Source of the DNA: Takakia lepidozioides
Taxonomy: Eukaryota > Plantae > Bryophyta
DNA: 64,000 bases
Assembly (NCBI GenBank): GCA_030704615.1
Contig: CM060734.1
Span: forward strand, 30,628,001 to 30,692,000
Reading direction: 5' to 3'
Shown: positions 50,972-64,000 of the stretch, in pieces
Position numbering within the stretch: the first letter of the stretch is position 1
Layout: every line of letters starts with the position of its first letter
Notes under the pieces: generated by a model
Told to the model about the DNA's origin: nothing
The model's input: only the letters and a program-made list of their open reading frames with translations
The model's database searches: none
Translations under genes and position numbers: made by a program

Positions 50972-52929
50972 ATGAGTGATGAAAGAGAAGCTAGACGCCA
51001 GAGATATTTAGCAAAAAGAGAAAGCTATCCGAAAGCTAATTATCCATATCTTTGGGAGAGAGGAATAGACATAGGGGAATCATCTGGACCTCTCACACCA
51101 TTAAGATCAAAGAGTACATCACCTATACCGGAAAGAACTAGAGTTGGATGCCACTCCTTCTGTTTCTTTGCAAGAAAGATTAAGGGAATTGGTACAGGAA
51201 GGAGATCAATCACGAGGTGAAAGATCTGAGGTACATCCTTGGATAAAAGATTTGACAGAAATCTTTGATAAGAGTTGGCATGGAACACCAAAAGCAGGAA
51301 CTCCAGTTTCTGAAGCAGAAGGTGAAGAAGAGAAGAGGATGTGGCAGAGCCAACGGAGAGTTCAGACTCTCCAACACCATTACAGTTGAGTTACATGAGT
51401 GAAGAAGAAACCAAGGGCAGAACTTGGAGGATGAAAACAGAGAGAAGAAATTAGAAGAGGAAGAATATGAAGAAGTAGACCCAACAGCTGAGGTTGAGAC
51501 TACAACCAGGACATCCCACCCCCGTTGGACCTGGATCAAGTGGAGCACTTGGATCACAGGCCAACGAAGGTGTCGGCTCAGGGGGATCAGGCGGGCGGCC
51601 TGGATCTGGCTCTGGGGGGACAGGGAGTGTGGGAAGTAGTGCAACTGAAGCTGGAATACTGTGAATATAGTGGGGCTAGAAGCAGGAGTGCTCAAGGGCC
51701 ACCACTTGGTGGAAGATCCACCACAAAAACAACAGGTCCAGAAGGACCAGCACCAGTAAGGGTGCCAGCACCTGTCAGTGGGCAGAAGGTAGGGCCACAG
51801 ATGGCGTTACAACCAACACGGGCAAAACCACCCTTTCCAATATATTCAGGAAAAGGGGATCCCGATGTATACATTAGCCAATTTGAGCACATGTGTATAG
51901 TGAACAATGAGAATGGCGATGATGCCAAGATGAGACTGTTTCCTTGTTCACTTATCAAGAAAGCAAGTGAATGGTATGCAAGATTCCCTGATAATCATTT
52001 CCTAACCTGGAATGGCTTGAGTACACATTTCGAAATAGGTTCAGGACAAGTAAAACTGAAGATGAAGTGTATGGAAGTTACAACAGTTAAAGCAAAGAAG
52101 CATGAAACTGTTGAGGGAGTATATGGAAAAGATGGAATTGATTGATGAAAAAGCTGGAGCAGTAGTACCACACCCGGTTTACAGAAGACTTGGTTTGTGA
52201 GTGGCTAAGACCAGAAGTTGCAAAGAAAGTGGATATGTTACCCCATAAACAGTGGAGGAGGCATTTGAAACTGCAAACAGAATTGAGCAATTGGGAATGC
52301 TCAGGAGAGAGAAAAGAGAGATGAGGACTCTGAGGATGAGTCAGATGAAGAAAGAGCAAGAACTAAAAGAAAGAGAGTAAGAGAAAGGAGAAGTTGAAGA
52401 GGGATAACTATGAAAAAGATTGGAAGAAATCTTGAAGAAATATGCCACAGAGGCTGCAACACATTGGAGGAAGGGTGTATGGTGTGCAAAGTGCCAGGAA
52501 TGAAGGCCATACCACCACAGAATGCCACATGAAGGAGAAAACACTGTACTATCTGTAAAATGGATAACCATTCTACTGATAAATTTACTACAACAGAAGG
52601 ACAGCTGCAAGAGAACCTAGGCAAGTAAGGGTGCATCAGGTGCAGCCCCAGCCAAAGAAGAAACAATGATCAGGACCACTATGGTAGGTCTGGTGGTTAT
52701 AACAATGGCATGGAAGGGAGAGGGTAATTCAAGAGGGAATTACCAAGGAAATTCCAGAGGCAACTATCAGGGTAATCCAAGGGGGAATTACCAGCCCGGG
52801 AATCAGGATTATAGAAATAATCCAAGAACAGACCAAGGGCGAGGACCCAATGGTGAAGAACTATGTTACTATTGTAATCAGCCAGGACACGCAAGGCAGC
52901 CTGTTCTTCTGGATAAGACACCAGAATGA
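50972..52929 (+). pseudogene. gag: gag (frameshifted), with capsid-like domain and three CCHC-type knuckles
   Basis: FPIYSGKGDPDVYISQFE..MRLFPCSL..ASEWY; across frameshifts WCAKC..EGHTTTEC, HCTICKMDNHST, CYYCNQPGH. Confidence 0.85.
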
Positions 52930-53141
52930 GATGAGAGCTCCTGTGAATGAGGGCCCAGTGGTGGCAGCTCACATGGTTAGGCCATGTGTTGTACCAGAAG
53001 TAAAGTACAATGATAGAACAAGAAGTAAAGCCAAACTAATACCTCCAGTAGTAGAGGAAGAATGAAGAAGATGATAATGAAGGTGGCAATGATATGCCTG
53101 AGATGAGAGACTTGGAAAGATGAGAAGGAACTGCACAAGAA

Positions 53142-56100
53142 GTGGCAGATACTATAAGGGAAATGCAAAAGAGTACTGATATTCCTGTGCAGATTCCTCT
53201 GATTCTGATGGAGAAAGAAGGGAGTGAGGAAGAAAGGAAGAAAGAAGATGCAGACATGCAAAGTAATGAAGAGACTTTGGCTGAAGTAATATGCCAGACC
53301 AAAGCAGAAATTACCATTGGACAGCTATTAGCTGTGGCACCTTATTGTAGGCACAGGCTGTATCAAGCAATCAATCGAATTGCCCAGGAGACAGGAAACA
53401 CAGACCTGAACAGCAAGGTGACCAGTTATAATGTGAAGCCGGAAGGGCGAGAAACAGTCATGGACTTTGATGATTCTATGCCAGTAATCCAATTGAGAAT
53501 TGGAAGCACAGAACTAACTGATGTACTGATAGATGGAGGTTCTGGAGTAAATATCATGACAGACCAATTAAGGAAGAAGCTTGGTCTAAGTAACATGAAA
53601 CCAGCCCCATTTACAGTAACAATGGCAGATCAAAGAAGTGTACAGCCATTGGGATTAATAAGAGGAGTTAAGATACAGATACAGAAGATGATCTTTATGA
53701 TCACAGTAACTGTATTGAAGATGGATGAAGTCATGGAGGCTTACTCCTTATTATTGGACGTCCGTGGCTGAAACAGGCCAGGGTATTCCATGACTGGAAT
53801 TCTCAGTTACTAACCGTGCATAATGGGATACACGAGATACAAATTACCACAAAGAAATCTAGTAGATTACCTGCTACAAGAAGACCTCGAGGAGTCAGAG
53901 AGTATGACTGGAAAGGAGGACTGGATGAGGAGCAGGAAGCTACCCTTTTTGCTGCACACCCAGAGTGGGAGCAGGTTGCAGAGATGCGGCTGGAAAGCCT
54001 AAGTTGTTTGAGAGGTATCTGCTGTGGTGTAGTGACAGCAACACCAACTGAAGAAGAAACCAGCATTTACCCATCACATTTCTATGAAGAAAGAGAAGGA
54101 GAAATAGAAATCCTAGAAGAACCAGCCACTGTGAGCTTACAGGATGAAGTGGTGACTGGTTGGACAATCACAGCTGATGAGCAGTGAGGGAAGTAAATGT
54201 GGGAACTAAAGAGGAACCGAGGATGGTGAAAGTAGGAGCTGATTTGGAGCCGGAATTCTTCGAAGAAGCTAAAAGCTTGTTCATCAAATACAGAGATGTA
54301 TTTGCTTGGAGCTATGAGGATCTAAAAGGGATACCACCTGAAGTCTGTCAGCATAAGATTGAACTGGAACCAGGGTCAGTACCAATCAAGCAGGCGAGGT
54401 ATAGAATGAATCCCAACTACGCACAGAAGGTTGGAGAAGAGATAAAGAAGTTGGCTGAGGCTAAGTTTATATACCCAATAGAGTATACAACTTGGTTGTC
54501 ACCCATTGTTATAGTTCCCAAGAAGAATGGCAAACTAAGAGTATGTGTGAACTATAAGAAGCTGAATGCTTGTACGAAGAAAGATCCTTTCCCTTTGCCA
54601 TTCACAGAAGCAGTATTAGACACTGTGGCAGGCCATGAGATGTACTCATTCATGGATGGCTTCAGTGGTTATAATCAAGTGCAAGTGGCAGAAGAAGACC
54701 AAGGGAAAACAGCTTTCATCACAGACTGGGGGCTTATGCATACAAAGTCATGCCCTTTGGACTTTGTAATGCACCAGCGACCTTTCAGAGAGTGATAAGT
54801 GAATCTTTTCATGAGTATCTGGATGATTTCATGCAGGTATTCTTGGATGATTTCAGTGTGTACAGCTCTAAGAATGAGCACTTGCATAAATTGGAGTTAT
54901 GTTTGGCCAGATGCAGGATGAGAGGTCTGGGCCTGAATCCAGAGAAGTGTACTTTCTGTGTGAACTCAGGGGTGCTTCTGGGACACATTGTGTGTAAGAA
55001 GGGACTTCTTGTGGATCCCAGGAAGACAGAGGCCATTAAAGCCTCTCCACCACCAGTGAATGTTAAAATCTAAGGAGATTCCTTGGGCAAACCAGTTATT
55101 ACAGAAGATTTGTCAAAGGTATGCACAAATAGCAGCACCATTGAGCAAACTACTGAAGAAAGATGCAGTGTTTGCCTGGACAGCTGAATGTCAACAGGCG
55201 TTTGAGGAACTTACACTGTCAGTAACAACTACACCTGTGCTGATTAACCCTCACTGGCATGTAGTATTTCATGTTCACTGCGATGCATCAGGAGAAGCGT
55301 TGGGAGCGGTGTTAGCCCAGAATGTTACAGGAAATATAGATTCACCTGTGTACTATGCTAGCCGGTTGATGAACAGTGCTGAAAGGAACTATAGCACAAC
55401 GGAAAGAGAAGCATTGGCAATGATCTATGCAGTGAAGAAATTCAGGCATTACCTGTTGGGCAAAAGTTTATGTTCTATGTGGATCACCAGGCTCTGATAT
55501 ACCTGGTAAACAAACCTCTGATAAGCGGAAGAATAGCAAGATGGTTGATAATCTTGCACGAGTTTGAGTTCGAGGTTGTTTACAAGCCTGGGAGACTGCA
55601 TCTTGTGGCGGATCATTTGTCACGGTTATCAACAGGAGAACCAGCCACAGGAATAGATGATCAATTACCAGATGCGAGTCTCTTTGCAGTGGAGGTGCAG
55701 GAAAGTGCAGATGACTGGTTAGATTGGCAGTGGCCAATCAGATACTACCTTGCTCATGGTCAGTGCCCACCTAGTTATGGTAAGGAGCAGAGGAAGAGAA
55801 TCGCTATCAAAGCTTTACCTTATACTATGGTAGGAAGCAGAATGTATAAGCTAGGACCTGATGGAGTACTAAAACGATGCTTGTACCACCATGAAGTAAA
55901 ATTTTGGAGGAAGTTCATAAAGGAGTGGCTGGAGGTCATTTTGGAGAAGAGACTACCAGTAGGAAGATACTACTCGCAGGTTACTGGTGGCCTACTTTGT
56001 TCAAAGATGTACACGAGTATTGTCAGAGTTGTGATGAATGTCAGAGGCTAGGACCTTTGCAGAGATCTGGAAGGATGGCCTTGCATCCTACAATGCCTAC

Positions 56101-57398
56101 GGAACCATTTCAGAAATGGGGACTAGACTTTGTTGGACCAATTAACCCACCAGCCAAGAATACACGAGCAGGTACATAATTACAGCCACTGATTATACTA
56201 CGAAGTGGGTGGAAGCTAAAGCTTTGAGGGACAACACAGCCAAGTCCACAGCAAGGTTCCTGTACGAGAACATACTTACACGATTTGGCTGTCCCTTAGA
56301 ATTTATCAGTGATCAGGGAAGTCACTTCATGAATGAGACCATTGAGTTGTTGACTAAAGAGTTCATGATTGTACATAGAAAGAGTACAACATATTACCCA
56401 CAGGGTAATGGGCAGGCAGAGGCTACCAACAAAATACTATGTACTATCTTGGCTAAGATAGTCAATGCAAACAGAACGGATTGGGATACAAAGCTGCTGA
56501 CAGCTTTGTGGTCATACAGGACTTCATATAAAGTCACCACTAAGTATACACCATTCCAATTAGTTTATGGTATGGAAGCCTTACTTCCAGTGGAATTCCT
56601 GTTACCTACCATGAGAACGGAGTGGGGAAAGAGAATGGAATTGCAAGATTCCATTAAGGTCAGGAAACATGAATTATACCATGTGGAAGAAGTACGTGCT
56701 GATGCAGCTGATAATATGACCAGAATTCAGATGAAGAGGAAGGAACAGTTTGATGAAGGCAAGTTAAAAACTTTAAGACGGGAGATTTGGTTCTATGGTT
56801 GCAGAAAAAGGGAAAGATTAAAGCTTCTAAGCTTAAATGGAAAAGACCTTATGTCATACAAAAGATGTATGATAACAACACCGCCATGTTACAAACCATT
56901 AACAAAGAAATGCTGGGAAGAGTCAATGCCAATAAGTTGAAGGGGTACAGTGGTATCCATGACAAACCATTGCAGCATGATTTGCATGTTGAAACGCAAG
57001 AGCAGTCACGGGCTGCACCAGTGTTACGAACGGAGTATGGAGCACTTGTCGCTAGGCCGAGCATATATGACCAGGGCGGGCACAACAAGCGTGACACAGC
57101 CTATCACAGCCCATCAAGGCAAAGCACAGCCTATCACAGCCACAAGCCCATCACGCACGACGTGACACAGCCTATCACATATCACACACAAGCCCAGCAC
57201 GGCGTGTCACAGCCTATCAGCTTACCACAGTGCCATCACAACGCCTATCACAGTGTACCCCCCAGTAATGACACAGCTGTCACACAACACAGCTCAACAC
57301 AGCCTACTAGGGTTACACGATCCATAGAATCAGTGACAGGTGGACGCATAATAACTTCAGGAAAATGGCTGACGGAAGAAAAACGGAAACTAGTTTAA
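53142..57398 (+). pseudogene. pol: pol (frameshifted): protease, reverse transcriptase, RNase H, integrase
   Basis: VLIDGGSGVN; KDPFPLP, DGFSGYNQ, MPFGLCNAPATFQ, FLDDF; CDASG..YYASR..NYSTTERE; H..GGHFG..C.SC.EC, WGLDFVGP, SDQGSHF, GNGQAEATNK. Confidence 0.95.
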
Positions 57399-57990
57399 AA
57401 ATAGACACGTGGAAGTCAGGGCGCGACACACAGCTGAGAAGGAAGTGCAAGAACAGGTGTCATAAAGAAAGAGGACAAGAACGGCCGTCAAAAGGGATGA
57501 AAGGCGGGCCCATTAATGAATACGGAAAAAGGGAAACGGAACGAACGGCAAGTACAGAAAAGCGAAATTCTTGTCACATGTGTGATCCTAGTGGACTATC
57601 CAGCAGGGAAAGTCCACTAAAGAAAATAAAATCTAAAATCCAGTCACAGCGGATACAGCCAATAGAAACCAGAGAAAGGATCAAGAAAATGGAGGGAAAT
57701 TGAGCGCAAGAGGCGGCGTCGTTCTGAGTAACGGGCGTCTCGACGGGACAGACCATCAATGCTATAGCTTGGAAACTATGGAGGAACTAACAGACTATAC
57801 GCTCGCAATATTACTTACGCAGTCATAGACACGAAAGAACAGAGCGGAGCTTTTCTCTTGAGCGATGCTTGCAAGCCCCGCAGCTTACAAGAAATTACCC
57901 ATAGCTTTCTGTGGCAACCATACGTTTATGCTTTGTGCACTACAGGCATTCCTGCAGTTGTTACAGCCAAAACAGTTCTGTGAGTCTAAA

Positions 57991-60900
57991 ATGAAGAGAG
58001 TGAGAGGAATGGAGGAAATCAGGGTGAAGAGCACCACAATTCTGCAGAAACAAACGATTGCTACCCCACAGGCGATACAGATACTGGAGGAGCTGAGATT
58101 GCAAGGATTGCAAAGCATAGATTGGACATTACACCATAGACAGTACATGTTACAATTTTTTGCAGAACTTTGAGCCAAGGACAGGAACAACAACGGTGAA
58201 GGGAGTTGAATTAATGATTACTCCCCTATACCTCCAGCAATTGTTTCGATTGCCAGCAGGTCAGGTGCATGTGGAGGAACACAGGGCAAGACTGCAAATA
58301 GGGGACTTATTCCAAGAAGGGAGTTTCTTTAAAACTCAGGGTTATGCTTGTACCAAGGCTGTGTACCCAGGGCTAAAAGAGGTAGGCCAGGTATTGAACG
58401 TTCTGATTGCCATGAAACAGAACCAACAGTATTTGAGCAGATCCTTCACGGAGGAAATACTCAAAGCCCTGAAGGGACAAGAGGTACAATGGGCGGACAT
58501 AATGTACAACGCACTGGTGGAGGAGATGAAAAGATTACAAGGTACTACCGCAAAGTCTCCTATCATAGTGTCTGGCCCAATCATTGCTCAAATAATTCTT
58601 GATTCTGGCATACTTGATGCGCAAGAAAGAAAGGAGATGGGAGTGTTTGAGCCAGAAACCACTGCAATGGAAGAGCAAGGCTCTTCACACAGTGAGGGTG
58701 GACTAGCAGGGCAACCCGAGACTAAGAGGCAGAGACGGGGAAGACTGTAGTGGCGGATCCACTGGCTTCACGGATTCCGCATGATAATGTTTCCCAAGCT
58801 CATGTGCAGGAAGGGGCACAGCAGCACAGAGAAATGCTATTACTGGAAGCAGGACCTTCAGAGAGGGAGGAGAAGTTACTTCAGTATCACAACCATCACA
58901 CAGCCAGCTGATCGACTTGTCACAAGGTCACAAGTTGTCCATGCAGCTCAACCAGAAATAATTGATTTGGAAAAGAAGGGTTAGATATTCCAACTACAGA
59001 ACAGATAGTGGCAGAAATGGAGAAGGGGGACCTTCTCTATGAATATTCTGGTCTGGTCAAGGAGACAGAGATTCCCAGAGGTGCAACAGTTGCCCAAGGA
59101 AAATCCTGAGGTGCATATAATACACACACCTGTGTCGGAGGTACCACAGGCAGAAGGTCATGACACTGTAGCACCGGTGATAGATGAAGTGGTTCAGGAA
59201 GAAAATCCGGTGGGACAATGGCCTGAGTGGTTCGTGAGACATCACACTGTTGAGGATCAGGAGGAACAGCAGCAACCTCACCATGATGACCCTCAACAGG
59301 CAATGCTGATGAGTTCCATAGGCAGGACACTTAATTTGTTGGGGACTTATGTCAAATCCCATGTTCCAACTACCCAATTGACAGCCTTGAGAGAGGAACT
59401 CAGGAAGGAGTTTGAGGCTCGACTAGCCACTGAGTGTGCAAACAAGGTCGATGAAGAGGTCACTCTCAAGATGCAGCAGGACTTGGGAAATACAGAAGCG
59501 GCTTTGCAATTGGCCAAGGAACAATTGATTGAGGCAGGCCTCGCGCAAGACCAGTTGCACGAAGCACATAAGCAACAGCTATACCAAATGCAGGTGCAGC
59601 ATGAAAGCAAGTTGCAAGAAGTGAATGCACTACATACGGAGTTGCAGACAGTGCATGACAGGATGGCGATACAATGTGCTACATTCACAACTATGCTTGA
59701 CCAATCTACAAAAGAAATAAACAGTCAAGCGGAAAATGTACGAAGGCAGAAGAAGAGAATGTTGAGCAAATGAAACTCATTGTCGATATGAAGAATACAA
59801 TCTGTCGCAATGAGGATACTTTCAAGCAATACAGGCAGATTGAAGCTGATCAAGAGAAGCACATCGTGGAGTTGCAACAAACCATCATGGCCAATAGAAA
59901 TGAAATCGCGGTCAATAACAAGGCTTGGAGGGAAGCTAATAATCTACTGCTGCCTATGCGAATTGGTTGAACCTCATGCGAAGCGCATGGAGGCTTTACA
60001 ACAGCAGTTAGATGTGTACAAGCTAAGAGAGGAGCAAACTCTCAGGGGAACCACAAGCAACTTGGTGGATAACCACCTTATGCAGGTCTGGTTAGCACAA
60101 GGGCCAGTGGAGGGCAAAGCACCACGAAAGCTCACCCAAAGCGAGATGAATGAGCTCAGGCTGCAGTGCAGAACATTGCCACAACTACTATAGACAATGT
60201 CTATAGTAGGATAGCAGAGTTACAGGAGGATGTAGACGGACTGCAGACTCAAGTGGAGGACCTCACTTCAAACATCGACAAAAGAGTCTATATCCCTCAG
60301 GAACAGCTAATGGCTTCTTATTTACAAGCCAGAACTTTGGCTTTTCAGTCTTCACAGGAGGTGCAGGAGATGCCAATGATACAAGAGCCAGTACCACCAA
60401 CACCACAACAAGTCACTGTACCAGTAGCTGAACCTGTTGTTACTACAACCACACCACAGCCACCACAGCCTGAGGTATGGGGCAATGCTGCTTTTAACCC
60501 ACCTAAAACTCCAGCTGCAAGGGAGTACAGTAGGGCTATGATTATGCCCTTCAACCAAATTCCATCATGTTGGATTTGGCTTGGAAAGAATTTAGTCCTC
60601 CGCAGTCATTCGCACATTACTACCAAATCATGCGTATTTGGCTGCCAGTGGCAACTAGGACTAAAGTTCTTCCGAACAATCGACATATTGAGGATCATCA
60701 CTTTGCACAGTACTGGCACGAGGCAGGTACCATGTTGAGGGAATTAATTGCTTTCCAGGTTGTACATGGACTCATTTATACCAAGACCAAGGAGGTAGCA
60801 AGTATTGTCATGGGATGCGGGTTATACTACGCTGCTTGTTTTCTGGTACGTTATCACATTGAGCAACAAAAGATGCAAGCACGCTTTCTGAGTTATTCCA

Positions 60901-61546
60901 GTGGGGATCATTGGGTATTACCTTCGGTGCCACCTCATATGTACCTATATGACCCAAAAGTTATGATGCAAAAGGATTCTCAAATTCGTTCATGGTTTCA
61001 AGCGGCCTGGAACAATTTGTCAACACAGAAATTCGGCATTGATGATATTTTCTATAAGGGACATGTGGCATGGAAATACTTGCACGCTGCACCAGTAATT
61101 GGTACCCCACACTCACCTGGACAGACAAGGAGCTCAGTGTCTACACCAATTTTGCTGTTCAGCGGTTACACCAAGTTGTAAAATATAAACTTCCAGACAT
61201 GGTAGGACAGCATTGTATGCCCCAGAGGATTCCACAAAAAGTTCGAAAATTAAAACACCTGAGAGGCGATGAGGATTCTGATACAACTGTTTCTTCACCG
61301 AATTCTTTTGACATGGGAGAAGACTATGCAATTCAGATGGCAGAGAAGAAGCGACGGGGGTCTCCTATGCCGGAAAGGTTACCTCGATATCAGCCTCCAG
61401 AGGGCCTCACTTATCCAGGTAGTGATCAACCATCTCCGTCAACCAGAGACAGACCTCGGGCTCGTACACACAGTCCGCCACGAAACTCTCAACGTCAGAA
61501 GGTGCTCACTCACAAAGGTTTGCTAATCGCAATCAGTAAACCGTGA
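57991..61546 (+). pseudogene. Extra sense ORF between pol and the 3' LTR (about 1180 aa when frameshifts are corrected)
   Basis: Chain of overlapping ORF pieces joined at 1-bp indels. The second copy (47724-49354) is open across several breaks seen here, and vice versa. Confidence 0.8.
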
Positions 61547-61577
61547 GGACACGGCTTTTTGAGGGGGGAAGGGGTAA

Positions 61578-62573
61578 TGTTAGAGGACTGTCTGGGACTT
61601 AGACACTTATACGATCTGTAGGGTACCCTTAATTTTTGCACAGACTGAGACCAACAGGAGCCTTAAGGGTGACAGCAGCGCACTGTAGAGGGGGGTTACA
61701 CAGCCCATCACAGCCCACACAGCCGTCACAGTCGTCACAGTCGTCACAGCCGACAAAGCCAACACAACTTGTCATAGCCGACACAGCCCACACAGCCCGT
61801 CATAGTCGTCACAGCCGACATAGCCAACACAGACCGTAACAGCCGACACAGCCAACTCAGCCCGTCACAGTCGCACAGCCTCACACAGCCCGTCACAGTT
61901 TCACACAGCCAGTCACAGCTTGACACAGCTGTCACGACCATAGGGAACGGAGAGCAGGACAGGGAACGATTGTGGGGAACAACACCTGCAAATGGAACGT
62001 GTTACTTCACGGACGACGGTTAGTGAGGAAAACGGTTAGAGCCACGGGTAGGAAGAAAAAGGGAGCAGCAAGGACGGAATGGGGGGATTCTGGGAAGCAC
62101 GGAAGGGGGAGGACTTCGGGGTCATGCATGGGAGGAGATCCGAAGCCAAGATGGAGAGCGCGGTGAAGGAGGAAAGAGGATTAGTAGATGCTCGTTATAT
62201 GCAAAGCGGTAGTGATATAGTAGAGCATATTAGAGACACAATGGCTTCGGCCTGATACCTGATAAATCCTAATCGGATACTTATACGATACAATCACACT
62301 GTGTATAGAGATCTGAGTGAAGCTGTGGAATGAATGGATGAGTTGATGGAATCCAATAGATTGATAAAGCAAACTGATACTTAATTATCAATGGTAAGGT
62401 AGCTAACATGAATGCCAAAAGGAAAACAAATAGGAAACACCCCCATGATACACTAGCTGTAGGTCATGACTGATTGTTCTGCGCGGGCTGAGTACTTAGA
62501 GATTTCCAACTCTTCTATCTTGGAGTTTCCGCCTCGGATAGCGAAGGGATGGGTGAGTAAAAGCAGCGCGACA
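61578..62573 (+). repeat. 3' LTR
   Basis: Matches 49387-50364 with about 20 or more substitutions counted by eye, plus indels in the CACAGCC cluster. Followed by GGCCT. Confidence 0.95.
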
Positions 62574-64000
62574 GGCCTGCATATGCCTGAAAAAACTCAG
62601 CCCCGTTTCTACTTTACGAATCTTGCATGTGTCTTGGCACTGATAGATTGGTTTCAAGCCAACACAGGATGCCTTTTTAGGAAGATGAATGGCTCAAGAA
62701 CTGGATTATGTAAGGCTTGACCCATGTCAACAAAAAATGAGGAGTCATTATGTCAACATGCAAATGCTTAAGACATGTATGGCTTGCTGTTTCAATTGCA
62801 ATTTAAAGTACTATGTGCTTGGCTCTCGAGATTTATCTCCAGACCTGCAATCTGGTTTTTGAAATGATGTTACAATCGGCAAGTATGGTGGTGATCGTTG
62901 TATGTCAAACTATGGTGCTTTCATAATATGATTGACCGAGAATCCCACCCTCCCACCCTGTTTTTTTCAGATACCCTGAAATGTAATGGGATATTCAAAT
63001 GAGATGGTAAACATGGAAGTGGTTGTTAGATGGTGCCCTGTAAAGGGCTGCTTTGTCTTTCAATGACAATGACCTTAGTGGTCTTGTCCATGTCTTGACA
63101 TGACATGTATATCTTCCCTCTCTTTATCTGATCAGTGTACTTAGTGGTTTTTGTACACACCATCTACCCTTCTCCTTTCCTGTTTCACCTTCTCATTCTG
63201 ATGTACTGACGATATTTTTTGAGGAGCCTTGCAGGCAGATAGGCAGCAAACACATTCCAAACTGGAATGATGAACTGAAAGCCTTGGGGTATGAATCCCC
63301 CTCGGCCAGGTATGATCTTCTCCAGCAATAGTATGGTTGATTGATTGGGTATGAAGAGTAAGGCATCCTTGATGATACCTGAGCATCTAAAGGACTTTGA
63401 ATGCCGATATTATGAGCTAAGCCCTGGTAAGACAGCTTACGGGAGTATGTGTACACCTTATACTTGATCCGGTCAATGCACACTACTTTTGTTAGCTAGT
63501 CCCTTGTAGCCGATGCCTTATATCAGAATCAAATACCTTATGATTGAGTGACTACCAAGTCCTTTGATCAAGTGCTTCTATACTTCTCTTAGATATGGCT
63601 TCGCTCCTTGTGGCACCATAAAAAAATACCCAACTCTAATCTGTTGCTAGAAGATGTTTTGTCTATATCACAGGCATGGTACTACAGACCTGAGCTGCTG
63701 CTATATCTTGACAAGGTTCCTTGAACGAGGTTCCTTCCCTAGCCTGTTCTTCCCTGTGCGAGAGCTTATTGAGAAACTGAAAGGTATTTTCTAAAAACTT
63801 GTACCTATCCAGAGCTAAGTATACCACTGAACTCTCTGTTCTTTTCTCGTGATACTATACCAGTCTTGCTATGATACACTTTATGCCAATGTTTCATTCA
63901 TGACCGGAGGAAGAGAGGATGTAGGATTCTACTCCCTTGGATAATATAATCTAAGGATAGAACTACATGGAAGAGGGGAAACCTTATGAGAAGGGGTTTG

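Larger units (their letters stand above)
49387..62573 (+). mobile_element. Non-chromovirus Ty3/gypsy LTR retrotransposon (Athila/Phygy/Selgy-like; no additional RNase H, no chromodomain)
   Basis: LTRs TG..CA at 49387-50364 and 61578-62573, PBS, gag-PR-RT-RH-INT order, extra ORF, PPT at 61561-61577. Confidence 0.95.

Noticed and set aside
57991-61546. True retroviral envelope gene
   Set aside because: No signal peptide or transmembrane segment; NLS-like motifs and a coiled coil instead.
63190-64000. Minus-strand degenerate coding-like sequence
   Set aside because: Many stops, only faint resemblance to the extra-ORF C-terminal domain; cannot be assigned.

Overview
Eukaryotic nuclear DNA from a land plant, probably a non-seed plant (inferred from PPR and LTR-element style). 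The central gene island (about 11.8-39.6 kb) holds five spliced genes whose exons I rebuilt by hand with phase-consistent GT-AG junctions: a NAL1-like serine protease (-), LPA3 (-), a PLS-E-DYW PPR gene (+), a PDI of the a-a'-ERp29c type (+) and a mitochondrial-type RecA (+). The left flank is a nest of transposons: a chromovirus 3' end with a Mutator-like element carrying a palindromic satellite inside its LTR, a foldback element, a TA-target TIR element, a Helitron end and SINEs. The right flank holds a non-chromovirus Ty3/gypsy element with extra ORFs, arranged in tandem with a truncated copy that shares one LTR. Most notable: the PPR-DYW gene has four upstream exons, not assembled in the ORF track, that add a transit-like peptide and two OSB-type PDF (ssDNA-binding) motifs, giving an apparent ssDNA-binding/RNA-editing deaminase fusion. 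All homology calls are from memory of the families; no searches were run.
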